Origin: Epithemia pelagica | Taxonomy: Eukaryota; Protista; Bacillariophyta | Direction: 5' to 3' | Assembly: GCA_946965045.2 (NCBI GenBank) | Contig: OX337239.1 | Span: forward strand, 2,046,001 to 2,110,000 | DNA length: 64,000 bases | Shown here: positions 43,951-56,400 of the stretch, piece by piece | How positions within the stretch are numbered: position 1 is the first letter of the stretch | Layout of the letters: each line of letters begins with the position of its first letter | Made by a program: the position numbers and the translations under genes | The notes under the pieces: generated by a model | What the model saw: the letters and a program-made list of their open reading frames with translations, nothing else | What the model was told of the DNA's origin: nothing | The model's database searches: none

Positions 43951-45306
43951 TTACTCTCTTCCCACCGCCTTCCATTTCACCACCAAAGTATTCATCTTCA
44001 ACATCCTTCTGGTTGTCTTACGACGCGATTTTCTTGACGCGATTTTCTTGCCCCCCTTGCCCCCTTTTCCACTTTTTTCATCAGACTCCCCTGAGGAAAC
44101 CCATAACGCAATGATACCTGTCGGTTGAACAAGGTCCAAGCTGGGAGGAAACATCAAGGCTTCGGCTGATGAGGTTCCAATGTTGGTCGGGTCTGCAGAC
44201 AGAGAGACCGATGGGAGAGGCGATCCATCCGTGGCCGAAAACCGATGTACCACACCACCACCTGTACCGGCAAAGCCGGTAACATAGACAACATCACGAG
44301 ATACGGCCAAGTCTGCCGTTCGCGCTCCGACCTCGTACGTTGTAGAAGCTTGATACAAAAGGCTAGCGTCACCCAAACGATACGCGTGTAGCCAGCCCCC
44401 CAAATCCGTTGCATACAAATAACACAAAGAGGAATCGTTCATGTCGGTGTCGACGTTGCCATCCTCCTCCTGCTTGTTGTGACAATAGATCTCTACTCCG
44501 TACATACTCACAGCAAGGCTTGTTGCTTCAGGAGGTGGTGCGGGTCGAACAAACACGCTCCCCATCCGGCTCTCAATGTCAAATACAATGATTTGGCTGT
44601 GCAACAGACCCTGATCGGGGATACCACCACCCGCTAATCCCGTTGTGGTCACGTATAACTTGTCTTCGTGAATGGCTATGCGGCCTGGACCATTGATCAG
44701 CCCTTCCTCTGTTCTATCACCAGAGGCGAACACTTCCAAAAATTCTCCAGTTTCTTGATCGTACTTCAAAATTTCGTCAGTGTGGAAACTGGAAACGTAA
44801 ATGTGTCTGTCATGAAAATCAAAGCCAAGAACACTCTCCAAATTTTTGATATTGTTTTCGGCGTCGAAACGAGGTTTCAAAAGATACCATCCCTTTTTTC
44901 TGGCATTGAGAGGTCGTCGAATGTCAGAGGCAGCCATTTCGCTTTTGGACATTGGCATGACCCATATGTTGGATTTCACAGAGACATACAGCAGCTCCTT
45001 ATGCCAACGAATCTCGTCTGGTCCTACTAAATTGGAAACGATACGTTCAAAAGGATCATTGTCCGAATTCATTCCCCTCTCCTTATATCGAACGATGTTA
45101 TCACTTTTTGCGTTGGCAATTAACACGAGCAGCCTGTCTTCCTCAGGATCTTCATTGTTGTTGTATTCAGCAACGGCGCCGATGATGGTAGGTATCAGTA
45201 AACATGAAAGTATCCACAAACGCAAAGACCACCACCATTTCCAACGTATGAATGGTACCATACTGGTCATTCTGGAACTTCGAATGTTTGATGTTTTTGG
45301 CAGCAT
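43951..45306 (-). CDS. Secreted or anchored beta-propeller protein (NHL/Vgb-like repeats), 451 aa
   Basis: Hydrophobic N-terminal segment ending GAVA. Blade-like motifs GPDEIRW...LYVS, IYVSSFHTDEILKYD..TGEFLEVF, NGPGRIAI..KLYVTT, DLAVSRDVVYVTG. Confidence 0.7.
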   Translation of the reverse strand: MLPKTSNIRSSRMTSMVPFIRWKWWWSLRLWILSCLLIPTIIGAVAEYNNNEDPEEDRLLVLIANAKSDNIVRYKERGMNSDNDPFERIVSNLVGPDEIRWHKELLYVSVKSNIWVMPMSKSEMAASDIRRPLNARKKGWYLLKPRFDAENNIKNLESVLGFDFHDRHIYVSSFHTDEILKYDQETGEFLEVFASGDRTEEGLINGPGRIAIHEDKLYVTTTGLAGGGIPDQGLLHSQIIVFDIESRMGSVFVRPAPPPEATSLAVSMYGVEIYCHNKQEEDGNVDTDMNDSSLCYLYATDLGGWLHAYRLGDASLLYQASTTYEVGARTADLAVSRDVVYVTGFAGTGGGVVHRFSATDGSPLPSVSLSADPTNIGTSSAEALMFPPSLDLVQPTGIIALWVSSGESDEKSGKGGKGGKKIASRKSRRKTTRRMLKMNTLVVKWKAVGRE

Positions 45307-45606
45307 CCCCGCGGTCCCCCCAAAGGTGTTGTAGAATTTAGAAATACTGGTTGCGTCACTGGATTAGAGTGTACGAAAAAATACTATTTAAAATTTAGAA
45401 ATTTGTTGGGGAGGAGTCAATCCCCCAAAATCCCCCACATTCCTCCGGATGTGCTCCTCCACTTTTTTGTTTTTCCATCATATACCATGCACCCGTTTGT
45501 GATGAAAGATGCAAGAGATTTTCGACGTCGATCATTAAATCATAGCAGTAACCTTTTTGTCTATGCACTTCCCTTTCTCTTCGATGTTCTCCAATCCCAT
45601 AATACT

Positions 45607-48600
45607 TTATAATTCGTCCGTAAACCTTTCAATTGGGCTAGGTTGAAGAGATCCTGACACTGACTGCTGTTGATCATGTCCAGCAGACTCAGACTGTTGG
45701 ATGGAATGAATCATTTCCTCAATAACCTCTCGGCCACGATCTTCCCATTCTTGACGGTTCTGTACTGCATAATTCAAATACTCGTCACTGGATACTCCGA
45801 AAACACCACATTTCTTTAGTTTTTTCGCCAAAGGAATAATGTAAAAGTCAAAGAACCCAAGTTCACCCTCATACCAATTGAGCGATGGGTCCTTGTCGGC
45901 ACGCCCATCCTTGTACGCTTGGTAGCATTCTCGGAAGAAGTTCTCATTCCATTTACGGTAGACATGCCTATGTATTTGTGGATATCGACTGTGAGAGACT
46001 TGAGTTTAAAAGGTTGTTCATTTCTGAAACAATAACGTACCAATGCTGCATTGTGTGCGCTACATCTGATGCTTGGATCAAATGCTCTATCACAATCGTA
46101 GCCTTTCGGTTGACAGTATCACGTGGACTTTCCTCTTTGCAATCTTCCGCAAACGCATTGTCCCAACGAGCATTGCGCAAAGTTTTTAGTTCCTTATCCG
46201 CAATATCAGTTGCCAAAACAGCCTGCCGTCAAGTTCAAATGACAAAACAAGATTTGAGAGAGCTGCGCTCGCTCCAATAAGAAAGCAACAGAGCAACCCA
46301 AAACGGATGCTTACCTGCACTAAAAGTTGGCGGAAACGGTCGAACTCCGACTTGCTGGAGTAAATGCATTGACAGAGGTCTTGATATTCATCCCCCTGAA
46401 GAAGGTCCCAGGCGAGGTCGACAGAATTCTGCTCAGCCACACTCTTGTTACGATACAGGGTTGCCAAACTTGTGTTCTCTTTCACGAGCGTTGTATTTGG
46501 TACACCAGTATGATCGACATCATGAATAAGCGCTGAAAAAACAAGCGAGAACTGCGTCAACGGATCGGAAGTAATTCCATATGTGTGATCGTGAAGCGTT
46601 GAAGCAATGGAACGCTGGAGTTGGTTCTTGTCGTCCGGGTTAGTCGTCTCTGGTTTCGCATATTCAAGATCGGATGGCATAACAATTCGGGAAAGCAACT
46701 TGGTCACCGACATTGTAACATGGCACGCATGTTCAAAGCTGTGGAAATCATTGTTTCGGTACATGTGTGCGACGGCGGTGATGTAGGAACGAAGCTGCTT
46801 GATCACTTTCTGGTCCAATACGATCTCGTCGGGATTTTCCTGTGTTCTGGCTGCTTGAGCGTCAAACTCGGGGAGCATGATAATTTCCTTGACCTCGTCA
46901 AGACATGTCTTGTCAGGCGCGGATGTCCAATGAAATGGGACCGTGGCGGTGCTCTGTGACTCTGCGTCCTCCAAGTTGCTGCTTGCGTTACGTCGTGCGA
47001 TAACCTGTTTCAGTAGACGCGAAAATACATCCACTTGCCAGTCGATCAAACGATCCGTCTTGCTATCAGTCACTTCAGCATTAGCCCACATGTCTTTTGT
47101 AGATTCACAAAGTTGGGTGGGAGCTGCACCAGAACTAGATGCATCCTCTAGCCAATAGGTCTGCATCGTCCCTTTTCCTTTCGCAGAGACGAGATCACTG
47201 CGGGGCTGCACCCAATGAGGTTTCCCAGCCTGAATCAACAAATCTGCAGTGTCTTTTGACATGTGGATTCGGTTGGTCTGACCAGTACTCTCAATTCGGG
47301 CCTGTGAAACAAACAACATGGCGTGAGAACAAACGTCTTGATCGCTGTTTGCTTGCGATCAAATAGCATCTTACCGTCGTGTTCACTGTGTCCCCAAACA
47401 GTTGAAACCGAGCACGTTCTCCCCGAAGAACACCCCCCGTGACTGCGGTAAGAAGAAACAAAAAACAGAAACGGAAACATGGTAAGAGCATTCCATTTTC
47501 ATGTACCTTGAAACGAAAAAAGGGCATCACCTCGGTCGATACTTACCTACTCCACTATGCAAACCAATACGGACTCCCAGGTCACCCGTGTCGGGTCCCA
47601 AAGTTAGTTCCAAACGTTTGGTCACCTCATGAACAGTTCTTAATGTTTCAAAGGCAAAGCGTGACATGGCAAGAGCGTGGTCTTTTCGTGCTTCCGGAAG
47701 ACCGGCCACGGCCACATAACAATCCCCAACCGTCTCAACCTTGAAGATGCGTCGTTTTTGGGCAATCGCGTCCAGTGCCGTAAACACCGATTCCAGCAAC
47801 GCAAACACTTGGGACGGCTCCCTCACCGAAGACCATGCGGTAAACCCGCAAATATCGGCAAACATGATGGTCGTCTCCAGAAACAAATCAGCAATCGGTC
47901 TGTCTGCCGTGTCCACCGCACCACCGTCCGGCTTGGCGTTGGTGTCCAAAAAGTTTTGGAGCTGCCCCTTTCGCGTCAAAAATGTGTGGGTGGCTTTGGA
48001 CGCATTCTCATTGGCTTCAACAGGTTGGAGAAGACGGTCGCGCACGTTGCTGGGAAAGAGCGAAGTGACCAATGCATTTGATTTGGCTGCATTGGAAATG
48101 ACTTTACTGTTACGCTTGCGCTGAAAGTTGTCATAGGCCAGAAACGCGGCAATGATAGAGATAAAGACCGCTCCCACAACAATGGTAGTGATGATGGGCG
48201 TGTTACTTCGGTAATTTTCTTCAAAGTCGGAAGACGGGTAGACATGCAGGGTGAAAAGACACGCACCAACCTCCGTAGCAAGCTTCGTGTTCCTGTACGT
48301 GTTGAAGGGAGACGTAACACGATAGGAATCGTAGGCGGTGTCATGCAAGTCTCCTTGTCCAATAAAAAGTGCCGACCCGCCCTCCATTCTCCAAGTGACC
48401 GGTTTGTTACAGGTACTTTCCAATACCAAGTGAATACCTCGAGCGTTGTCCGGTAGCTTATTAGAGAAGTACTGACCCCACCGAAGAAAGACAGATATGT
48501 AAGCAACGATCGTCCGGGATGTTTCGTTGAAGGAGTCGAAAATTGGCTGTATATACGTCGAGTGTGGTTCGTCTTCACGGTTTGTTACATTGGTGATGGA

Positions 48601-49480
48601 TGGGAAAACGTCAATTAGTTCCGTGTTGTCGAGAACTCGACCAACAGTGGCTTCTTGGAGGATGCGAACCGGCTCAATTTCGTCTGTCAGTGCAGTTGTG
48701 CCCATGTCGTAGTTGACCAAAGAATACACTGGCAAAGGGTCAATCTGCCAGACAGGATAGTATGGACCCGGTCCATATTCAAACACATTACTACTCGTCT
48801 CGTCATCATAGTAGAAGATCCAAGGAGAGAACTGCTGGTTGTACCAACCGCTGTTTTGGAGCACGTAGCTGGTCCAGTTTTGCTTTTGGGCTTCGGTAAC
48901 TCGCGGTGTAATCCAAAAGCCAACGGAGTCAAGCTGTTTCCGAAGGTTGGCACCATGGACATTCATGTTGGGCATCGTGAAGAATGGCCATTCCGATTTT
49001 GACTGTGAGGCAGCGGAAGTGAGAACGTCCGAAAAATCTTCACAAGTGCTGTGCAGCGTCGTAGCAGTGAACCGAGACGACTCAATCATGGTCAAGGCCA
49101 GCTGATCAAACTGCACAAGTGATGAAGGATAAACAGAAAAGGACAATGAGATGGTTTATCCTAAAGCACAGGATACCCTCAATGTATGCTCGCAGGTAAC
49201 TTACAGCGTTTTCAAAGTCGTCGTGTTCTTCGCGAGAAAGGAAAAAGTACGTGGCGACAGTGACAGCCCCTGCAACCAATGTCATGGCAATAATGACAAC
49301 CCATCGCCATGTTCGAACAATCTGGGACTCTTGTTTGATAATCTTTTTAATCTCTTGAATCTCATCACGCGTGTTGTTGTTGGTCTGAGAGGATTCGGTA
49401 GCTCTGCTCTCCGACTGCTCATCCCTGATTTCTTTTTCCAATTCCAACGGAATCTTGTAATTCCTTGCCGCCGAGCTCAT
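45607..49480 (-). CDS. Receptor-type adenylate/guanylate cyclase fused to a cyclic-nucleotide phosphodiesterase domain, 6 exons
   Basis: Two TM helices around an extracellular domain. Cyclase motifs TIMFADICGF, KVETVGDCY, RIGLHSG, RFQLFGDTVNT. PDE motifs HSFEHACHV, LIHDVDHTG, ASDVAHTMQHW, GFFDFYIIPLAKKL. Introns 49204-49111, 47546-47443, 47374-47302, 46314-46223 and 46040-45968 all splice in frame. Confidence 0.9.
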
Positions 49481-50009
49481 CCTGCCTCGATCACTCGTTC
49501 TGGACGACTTGCCGCAACGAACTAGAGAAAAGTGAGTGGATTGGCACCTTTGTCCTCACCTCGGTTTTACCCTGTTCAACTTTGATTGCACCCAAAGAAG
49601 GATCAAAGTTTTCCAGTGAGAGCGGATGGGCTTTTCCCCACTTGCTACTTTCTGGGACACCTTCGAATTTTGTTCCCAGTGGCCAAAATGACTGTTTCCT
49701 ATTATAGGGATAAGGATTTATAAGCATTGAATTTTTCCAATAATTGGCGATTATATGTTTCTGAAGATGCGAACCACACACTCTATTCCCTCCGACTAGG
49801 TGTCCGCTTCTTGATGGTTTGTCCCCTTCCCGTCATTCCGTCTGTCCTCCCATCCTCCACTTGTCCTTTTTTTCCACTTCCTCGTATTTTTTCAGATCAA
49901 ATGATCTTCAACCCGAGCCAGCCGTCCCATTCGCGCCTGTCCATCTTTTTGATCCAACTGTCGTTTCTGACCACTGGAAAAAGTTACCTTTCCCAAGAAC
50001 AGTAACACC

Positions 50010-53000
50010 ATGGACCAACAACTTGCCCAAACAACGATCGACGATGCTATCAGTCGCCAGTTCAATTGGACCGCAGAACTATATTTTAGTGACATCAAAA
50101 ACTCCAATGGAGATCCCATCGACTTGTTCCATTACACCAACAAAGAAATCTATAAACAACAGCGGTCCTCTCAGGTTGAAAGATCACCTTGTGTCATCTT
50201 TGACAGAAACAAATACCCACCGAACAAGGATGGTTTAAGAAAGCTCTGTATAGCTATAAAGACTGAAGGGATCAAGTATGGCACAAATTTGATTTCCCGA
50301 AACAACCCCCTTGTCCTTTCATGCTACCGATGCAAAAAGCATTCTTCCAAGGTTAAGGGATTGCGTCGTACAAGTGGGGATTGTGATGGAGAAAACAAAG
50401 AGAATGCTCGTGATGTAGACACCGATATCCTGGTGGAGCATGGAGTTTGTCTAAATGGTGTTCACTCCCATCAATATGACCAAGATGGGATCTTGCTCGG
50501 AATTCGATCTTACCAGTTGCACCGCGATCGACATAATGCGAGAGCTGATGGGAAATACGCAATACGGGGTACCTGCACAATGCGCCCAACAAATTCAACG
50601 GATACTTGCCAAGTGTCACTACGACTTGGCATTCAAGAAGGAACCAATGGATATATTTATCTCAAACAGGGATGTGGGAAAGCAACGCATACCTTTCATC
50701 CAAAACCACGTCAAGGCGACCTTTGATTTCAAACACGCCATTTGAACGAAAACACCAAACAGCTTGTTGTGTCTGGAGGAAATGCTTCAACTGGAAACAC
50801 GGCCCTTCGTTATCTTGTTCTGGAGAACCAGCATGAATTGGTCTCAAGGAGTACAATTCAACACATTCAAATGCTACCTGACTTTCTGCATCAAAATCAA
50901 ACACAACATTCTGATAAAGCCTCGACCGCTTCCCTTATGGTAAATTGGATGCGTACAAATGCAAATGATCAGAACGTAAATCTCCGATACTGCTTTTTGT
51001 CAAGCCATTCTGTTCGAAACCCAAACTTCCATCGCCATCCTAAGGGAAGACCTTCCCAGAAAGGTCGTCCCCGTCTCAGTCAAGTTGAGCAACAAATGGA
51101 ATATAACGATCAACTAGTCAACACCTTTCGGGGAAATGACAGAGACACTGAGGAATCTCAAGAACTGCTTGCCGTACAGGAAAACACACTGGGACAAGCT
51201 GTCACAATGGCAAGGTCAATCCAGGAGGATTATCATATTGATACAGTTTCCAACCGGATTCTTCTAGGAGCTGGTTGGGTAGACAAAGAAGCACACTCTC
51301 AATTCCTGCGGTTCCCAGAAGTTCTATTCATTGACTCCACCCATAAAACCAACAATGAAGCAAGACCATTGTTGATGATATGTGGTCGTGATCAATGTGG
51401 GAAAGCATTCGTGGTAGCCCGAGTATTCATGCCTAACGAAACAAGTGCATTCTATCGATGGGTTTTCTTGAAGTGCTTGCCTTGTATTCTGGGTAGTGAC
51501 AACTTGAAACGTATTCGGCTAGCGATAACTGACGGAGATGCTCAGGAATTTGAAGCAGTGGAAGAATCATGTCTTCAATACTTGACAAATGCCGTCAGAG
51601 GAAGATGTATGTACCACATTGTTCAGAAGACTTTTGAACGAGCCATTTCCAACCATGTATGCCGGAACGGAACTGGTAACGTGGTTCTTAAACAGATCAA
51701 GTCATGGATCTATACATGGGGTGACGGGTCATCGTGTGTCTCAGATGAACAGTTCCAATTATCCAAATCTCTTCTTCTCCAACACCTTCAGTCAGGTTCA
51801 CTGAATTCATCCATCACAGATTCTGGATTGGCTTCCATTGAACAGTGGTTACAAGAAAAAATTCTTCCGCATGAAAAACATTTTGTTTTCTGGAAGAAAC
51901 GATTTCTTCGATGTTTTGATGAGTATGTTAACAATTCCGGTGAAGCAATGAACCAGTCCTGCAAACGGTCAGACCTTTCCACAAAACCTTCTATGTCAAT
52001 GCATGTTTCAGCAAAAACCACGTTGAATCAGTCTAGAATGTCTTCAAGAGATCGACAGAGTAATCAAATACGACAGCTTGTCGAGGTACCACTTTTTATC
52101 AAGGAAGATTCAACTCATGATTTGGACACCATGAAAAAGCTAACAAACATGGCGCGACACATGTTAATCCGTCAATACTCAGAACGCTCCCACTATACTG
52201 TTCTGCGTCATAATGAAACAACATGGTATGTTTTGCGAAACTCTGTTGTTCCAAGTTCTGAATTTCGTGGTAATGACAGTATCTGTCAGCTCGTTCCACC
52301 ACACTTCAAGACAGCGTGGTGTATATCATTAGACCACCGTGGAGTCCTTTCATGCAATTGCGGCTATAAACATTGGAATGGCATCCCTTGTCGACATCTT
52401 TTTGCCATCGAAGAAGAGTACAATCTATCGGATATTGCTGTGAGATGGCAAACGGCATATGCATACTACGCGTTCCACCCGAATTGTCAAGATGTAACTG
52501 ATTCATTCTGCACTGCAGCCAAGGTTGAGCACAATGGAATTTATCTGAAAACAGATATTTCGACTGCAGATTTGACATACCCGTACATTTGGTCTGGCTC
52601 CCAATATAGCATCCAAGACATATACGTTGTGATAAACAGTCCAGTCCCGTTGTGTTGGAACTGCAGTCCTGATGAATATCCTGAACCATTTAGACGTATG
52701 GCAAAACACTCAACTTCAAGTCAAACTTCTATGGAAATGGATTTAGATGACGGAAACCACGAGGAATGCCATGAAATTGGCCACCAGAATAAGGATGGAG
52801 TAGCCATGTATACACAAGAATCAGTAAGCGAGGCTTCGGAAAACGAAACAAACGGACACTTGACCAACAATGAGTCGCACAAATTCGCCGTCCCTTTCAA
52901 CCAAGAAATCACCCATTCACAAATCATCACAGCATTGAAGGATATGCTCCCACTTCTCAATACGGCCAACTCACGGAATGAACTTTTCTCTGTTTTAATA

Positions 53001-53216
53001 GAAGCTCGACAGTCACGTTGTCAAAGATTACTTGACAAAAGCCCAAATCAGTCAACAGCAAATGGGCGTCTATCAACATGGATCGGCAGTAATGAATCAT
53101 CAAATGATTCTGATCAATCTGATCGGTTTGTTTCTTCCAACATGCCATTCGACAAATCTCGTCAGAGTCATCAGCACACGTATAAAAGAAATCGTCACCA
53201 TCCCAACCAGATATAA
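50010..53216 (+). pseudogene. MULE transposase with SWIM zinc finger (1068 codons), one in-frame TGA at 50724-50726
   Basis: FIDSTHKTN, AITDGD, RCMYH, NNSGEAMN, and SWIM CNC...GIPCRH. Track ORFs 50010-50726 and 50742-53216 are in the same frame (GAC CTT TGA TTT CAA). An N-terminal C...HxxH WRKY/FAR1-like segment is present. Confidence 0.85.
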
Positions 53217-53236
53217 AATATTCCATACTAACTTAT

Positions 53237-54795
53237 TCATTTCTGACACACACCCAACTTGGGATCGATGGTGGCATTATCTGGCCCCTTCGACAACATA
53301 GTTTTTTGTTTTTCATAGATACAATCTCCCGATACATAGTCTCCATCATATGGCCAGAGCTTAATCATTGAGCCATTGATGGTTGTCTTCTTGCCGTCTC
53401 TTCCCCACGTTTTGATTCCATTCTTTGTAACTTCATACAGTGCTTGTGACTCCCATATCAAATCATGGAATCGATTATGCAACTGTTCCTCTGTTCGACC
53501 ACTTCTGTAAGCTTTGCATACGATGTTTTCAGCGTGCCGTCTTGTGCATAGACGACCTGATTTTTCTTCGACAAATTTTGATATAGAATCAAAAAGTTGA
53601 TTTGTACTAGCCTCTCCTTTACTCAATCCAAAGAATCAATGAACCGTTGCTCCGGTTGAGTGTCTGTGTATTGGTTGTAGACAAATTTCACTGCGGGACC
53701 AATTCCACAAGTCTCTCTCTTTTCTGAATCTCCAATGGCTTTTCGGGTAGCACCAATGATAGATATGCGGAACTGGTTACCATCGGTGTCGTGGACAAGC
53801 TTCGACAGAATTGCAACTCGACATAGCTGTGTGTCGTTGAGATCGTCATCATGAAAGTGGCAGTGTCCCAAATTATCTTCACCAACACCATCACAACCAC
53901 CAATAGCAGAATGCTGTGTCAGTGCTACCCGGCAATACTCAATAATGTTCTCCTCATGAATCTTCTTGGAATATTCTTCAAGACGATGATGTGATCTCTC
54001 TATCCAAATATCAGGACAGCATTCCAACAAGAGTCTTGAGAAAAGAATCATGACATTGATCATCAATGGGTCCTTTGTGCCATCAAGTAAAGCTGGACGG
54101 CTGAGGCAGTAATTGTTTGGATCCCTGGTGTAAGACCTCCCCCCACAATAACCAGCATCTTTCCAAACTCGTTGTCGCAGACTGGTGCTCACACGCATGG
54201 TTTGTTTTGCCTTGTCCGACGCACAAAGCAACATATTCTTGATCTCATCCCAGGGAAACTCTGTACTTGTCACACTTCTTGATTTGACAAACTTGAACGT
54301 TTCAATGGTCTTAGGAAACGGACTGTCGGATGGGACCACTGTCGTGACGGGAAGTCCAACGTCTGGCATTCGACAACCTGGTGCAGAGGTCACATATTGA
54401 CCATGGGGCACAGCAAGTGTCTGTATTACGGATAACATTGATCGATGTGTTGACTGATAGACTGCAAAGAGTCCAGACATGTGAATGAGCCGTGGCTTGT
54501 GAAAGGGGCCATGGCTCATCAACTCTTTTTGCACTGTCCGTCCTATCCCCTTCCATGACTCTTTAGGGACCTTGATCAGGAATGGATTATGCATATCAAT
54601 AGTTGCGTTCAATCCGGCACAGTCGTGTCCAGTCTTTATCTTTTTGGGCAGTGGGTGAGAGGAAGGGAGCACAGCTTGATATTGATTGGTCGATGATGGC
54701 AATGCATTATCACTGTCCAGCATATCAGCAATGTATCGAAGCAATCCTGACACCTGACTTGAGCGCAACATATTAGTACCATCTCTGGTTGCCAT
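53237..54795 (-). pseudogene. MULE cargo gene, possible TET/JBP-like 2OG-Fe(II) dioxygenase (shortened core), 1-nt frameshift at ~53625
   Basis: DAGYCGG...ILFSRLLLECCPDIW...HCHFHDDDLND...RVAILS.LVH...FRISIIGATRK. The order recalls the TET/JBP motifs AGY, helix-P..W, HxDxxN/D and RxSxVxYxR. Restoring one T (GAT TTG AGT) fuses the 410-aa and 129-aa ORFs. The family call is tentative. Confidence 0.5.
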
Positions 54796-54802
54796 TGTGA
54801 CA

Positions 54803-56400
54803 ACAACCAGCAGAATGAACGGCCCAAAAACACCAAAGAGCGAGACACCAATCAACCTTTCTCTTCAGGGAACCCTCCTGTGGATTCAAAATACCCAAAA
54901 AGCAGTCTCCTTTGGACTGCTCCAAGGGGGAATGGGGAAACACCACCAGCAGAATGGACAGCCCAAAACCACAAAAAAGCGAGACACCAATCAACCTCTG
55001 CCTTCAGGATGTCTTCCAATGGATGCCAGAGAGATAATGGACTTGGTAGAAGAGAAGCAAAACAACCAAAAAGCGAGACTTCCCTCCTTTGGACTGCTCC
55101 AAGGGGGAATGGGGAAACACCACCAGCAGAATGGACAGCCCAAAACCACAAAAAAGCGAGACACCAATCAACCTCTGCCTTCAGGATGTCTTCCAATGGA
55201 TGCTAGAGAGTTAATGGACTTGGTAGAAGAGAAGCAAAACAACCAAAAAGCGAGACTTTCCTCCTTTGGACTGCTCCAAGGGGGAATGGGGAAACACCAC
55301 CAGCAGAATGGACAGCCCAAAACCACAAAAAAGCGAGACACCAATCAACCTCTGCCTTCAGGATGTCTTCCAATGGATGCCAGAGAGATAATGGACTTGA
55401 TAAAAGAGAAGCAAAACAACCAAAAAGCGAGACTTCCCTCCTTTGGACTGCTCCAAGGGGGAATGGGGAAACACCACCAGCAGAATGGACAGCCCAAAAC
55501 CACAAAAAAGCGAGACACCAATCAACCTCAGCCTTCAGGATGTCTTCCAATGGATGCCAGAGAGATAATGGACTTGGTAGAAGAGAAGCAAAACAACCAA
55601 AAAGCGAGACTTCCCTCCTTTGGACTGCTCCAAGGGGGAATGGGGAAACACCACCAGCAGAATGGACAGCCCAAAACCACAAAAAAGCGAGACACCAATC
55701 AACCTCAGCCTTCAGGATGTCTTCCAATGGATGCCAGAGAGATAATGGACTTGATAAAAGAGAAGCAAAACAACCAAAAAGCGAGACTTCCCTCCTTTGG
55801 ACTGCTCCAAGGGGGAATGGGGAAACACCACCAGCAGAATGGACAGCCCAAAACCACAAAAAAGCGAGACACCAATCAACCTCTGTCTTCAGGATGTCTT
55901 CCAATGGATGCCAGAGAGATAATGGACTTGATAAAAGAGAAGCAAAACACCCAAAAAGCGAGACTTCCCTTCTTTGGACTGCTCCAAGGGGGAATGGGGA
56001 AACACCACCAGCAGAATGGACAGCCCAAAACCACAAAAAAGCGAGACACCAATCAACCTCTGCCTTCAGGATGCCTTCCAATGGATGCCAGAGAGATAAT
56101 GGACTTGATAAAAGAGAAGCAAAACAACCAAAAAGCGAGACTTCCCTCCTTTGGACTGCTCCAAGGGGGAATGGGGAAACACCACTAGCAGAATGGACAG
56201 CCCAAAACCACACCATTCAACCTCTGCCTTTAGGATGCCTTCCAATGGATTCAAAACACCAAAAAAGCAATACAAAGAAAGACTTTTCCACCTTTGGTCT
56301 GCTCCAAGGGTGAATGAGGCAACACCACCAGCAGAATGGGCAGCTGACAACCACAAAAAAGCAAGACACCAACCAATTCACCTCTTCTGATCCAAGGGAA
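54803..56400. repeat. 177-bp tandem array: 7 near-identical units, one partial unit and degenerate flanking units
   Basis: GGACTGCTCCAAGGGGG starts at 54914, 55091, 55268, 55445, 55622, 55799, 55976 and 56153 (exact 177-bp spacing). Confidence 0.97.

Noticed and set aside
54914-56211. Possible CRISPR-like array
   Set aside because: The units are contiguous and near-identical with no unique spacers, there are no cas genes, and the context is eukaryotic.
54797-56313. Long ORFs (463, 337 and 316 aa) over the 177-bp array
   Set aside because: The unit length is a multiple of 3 and lacks stops in several frames on both strands, so long ORFs are expected. There is no independent sign of coding.
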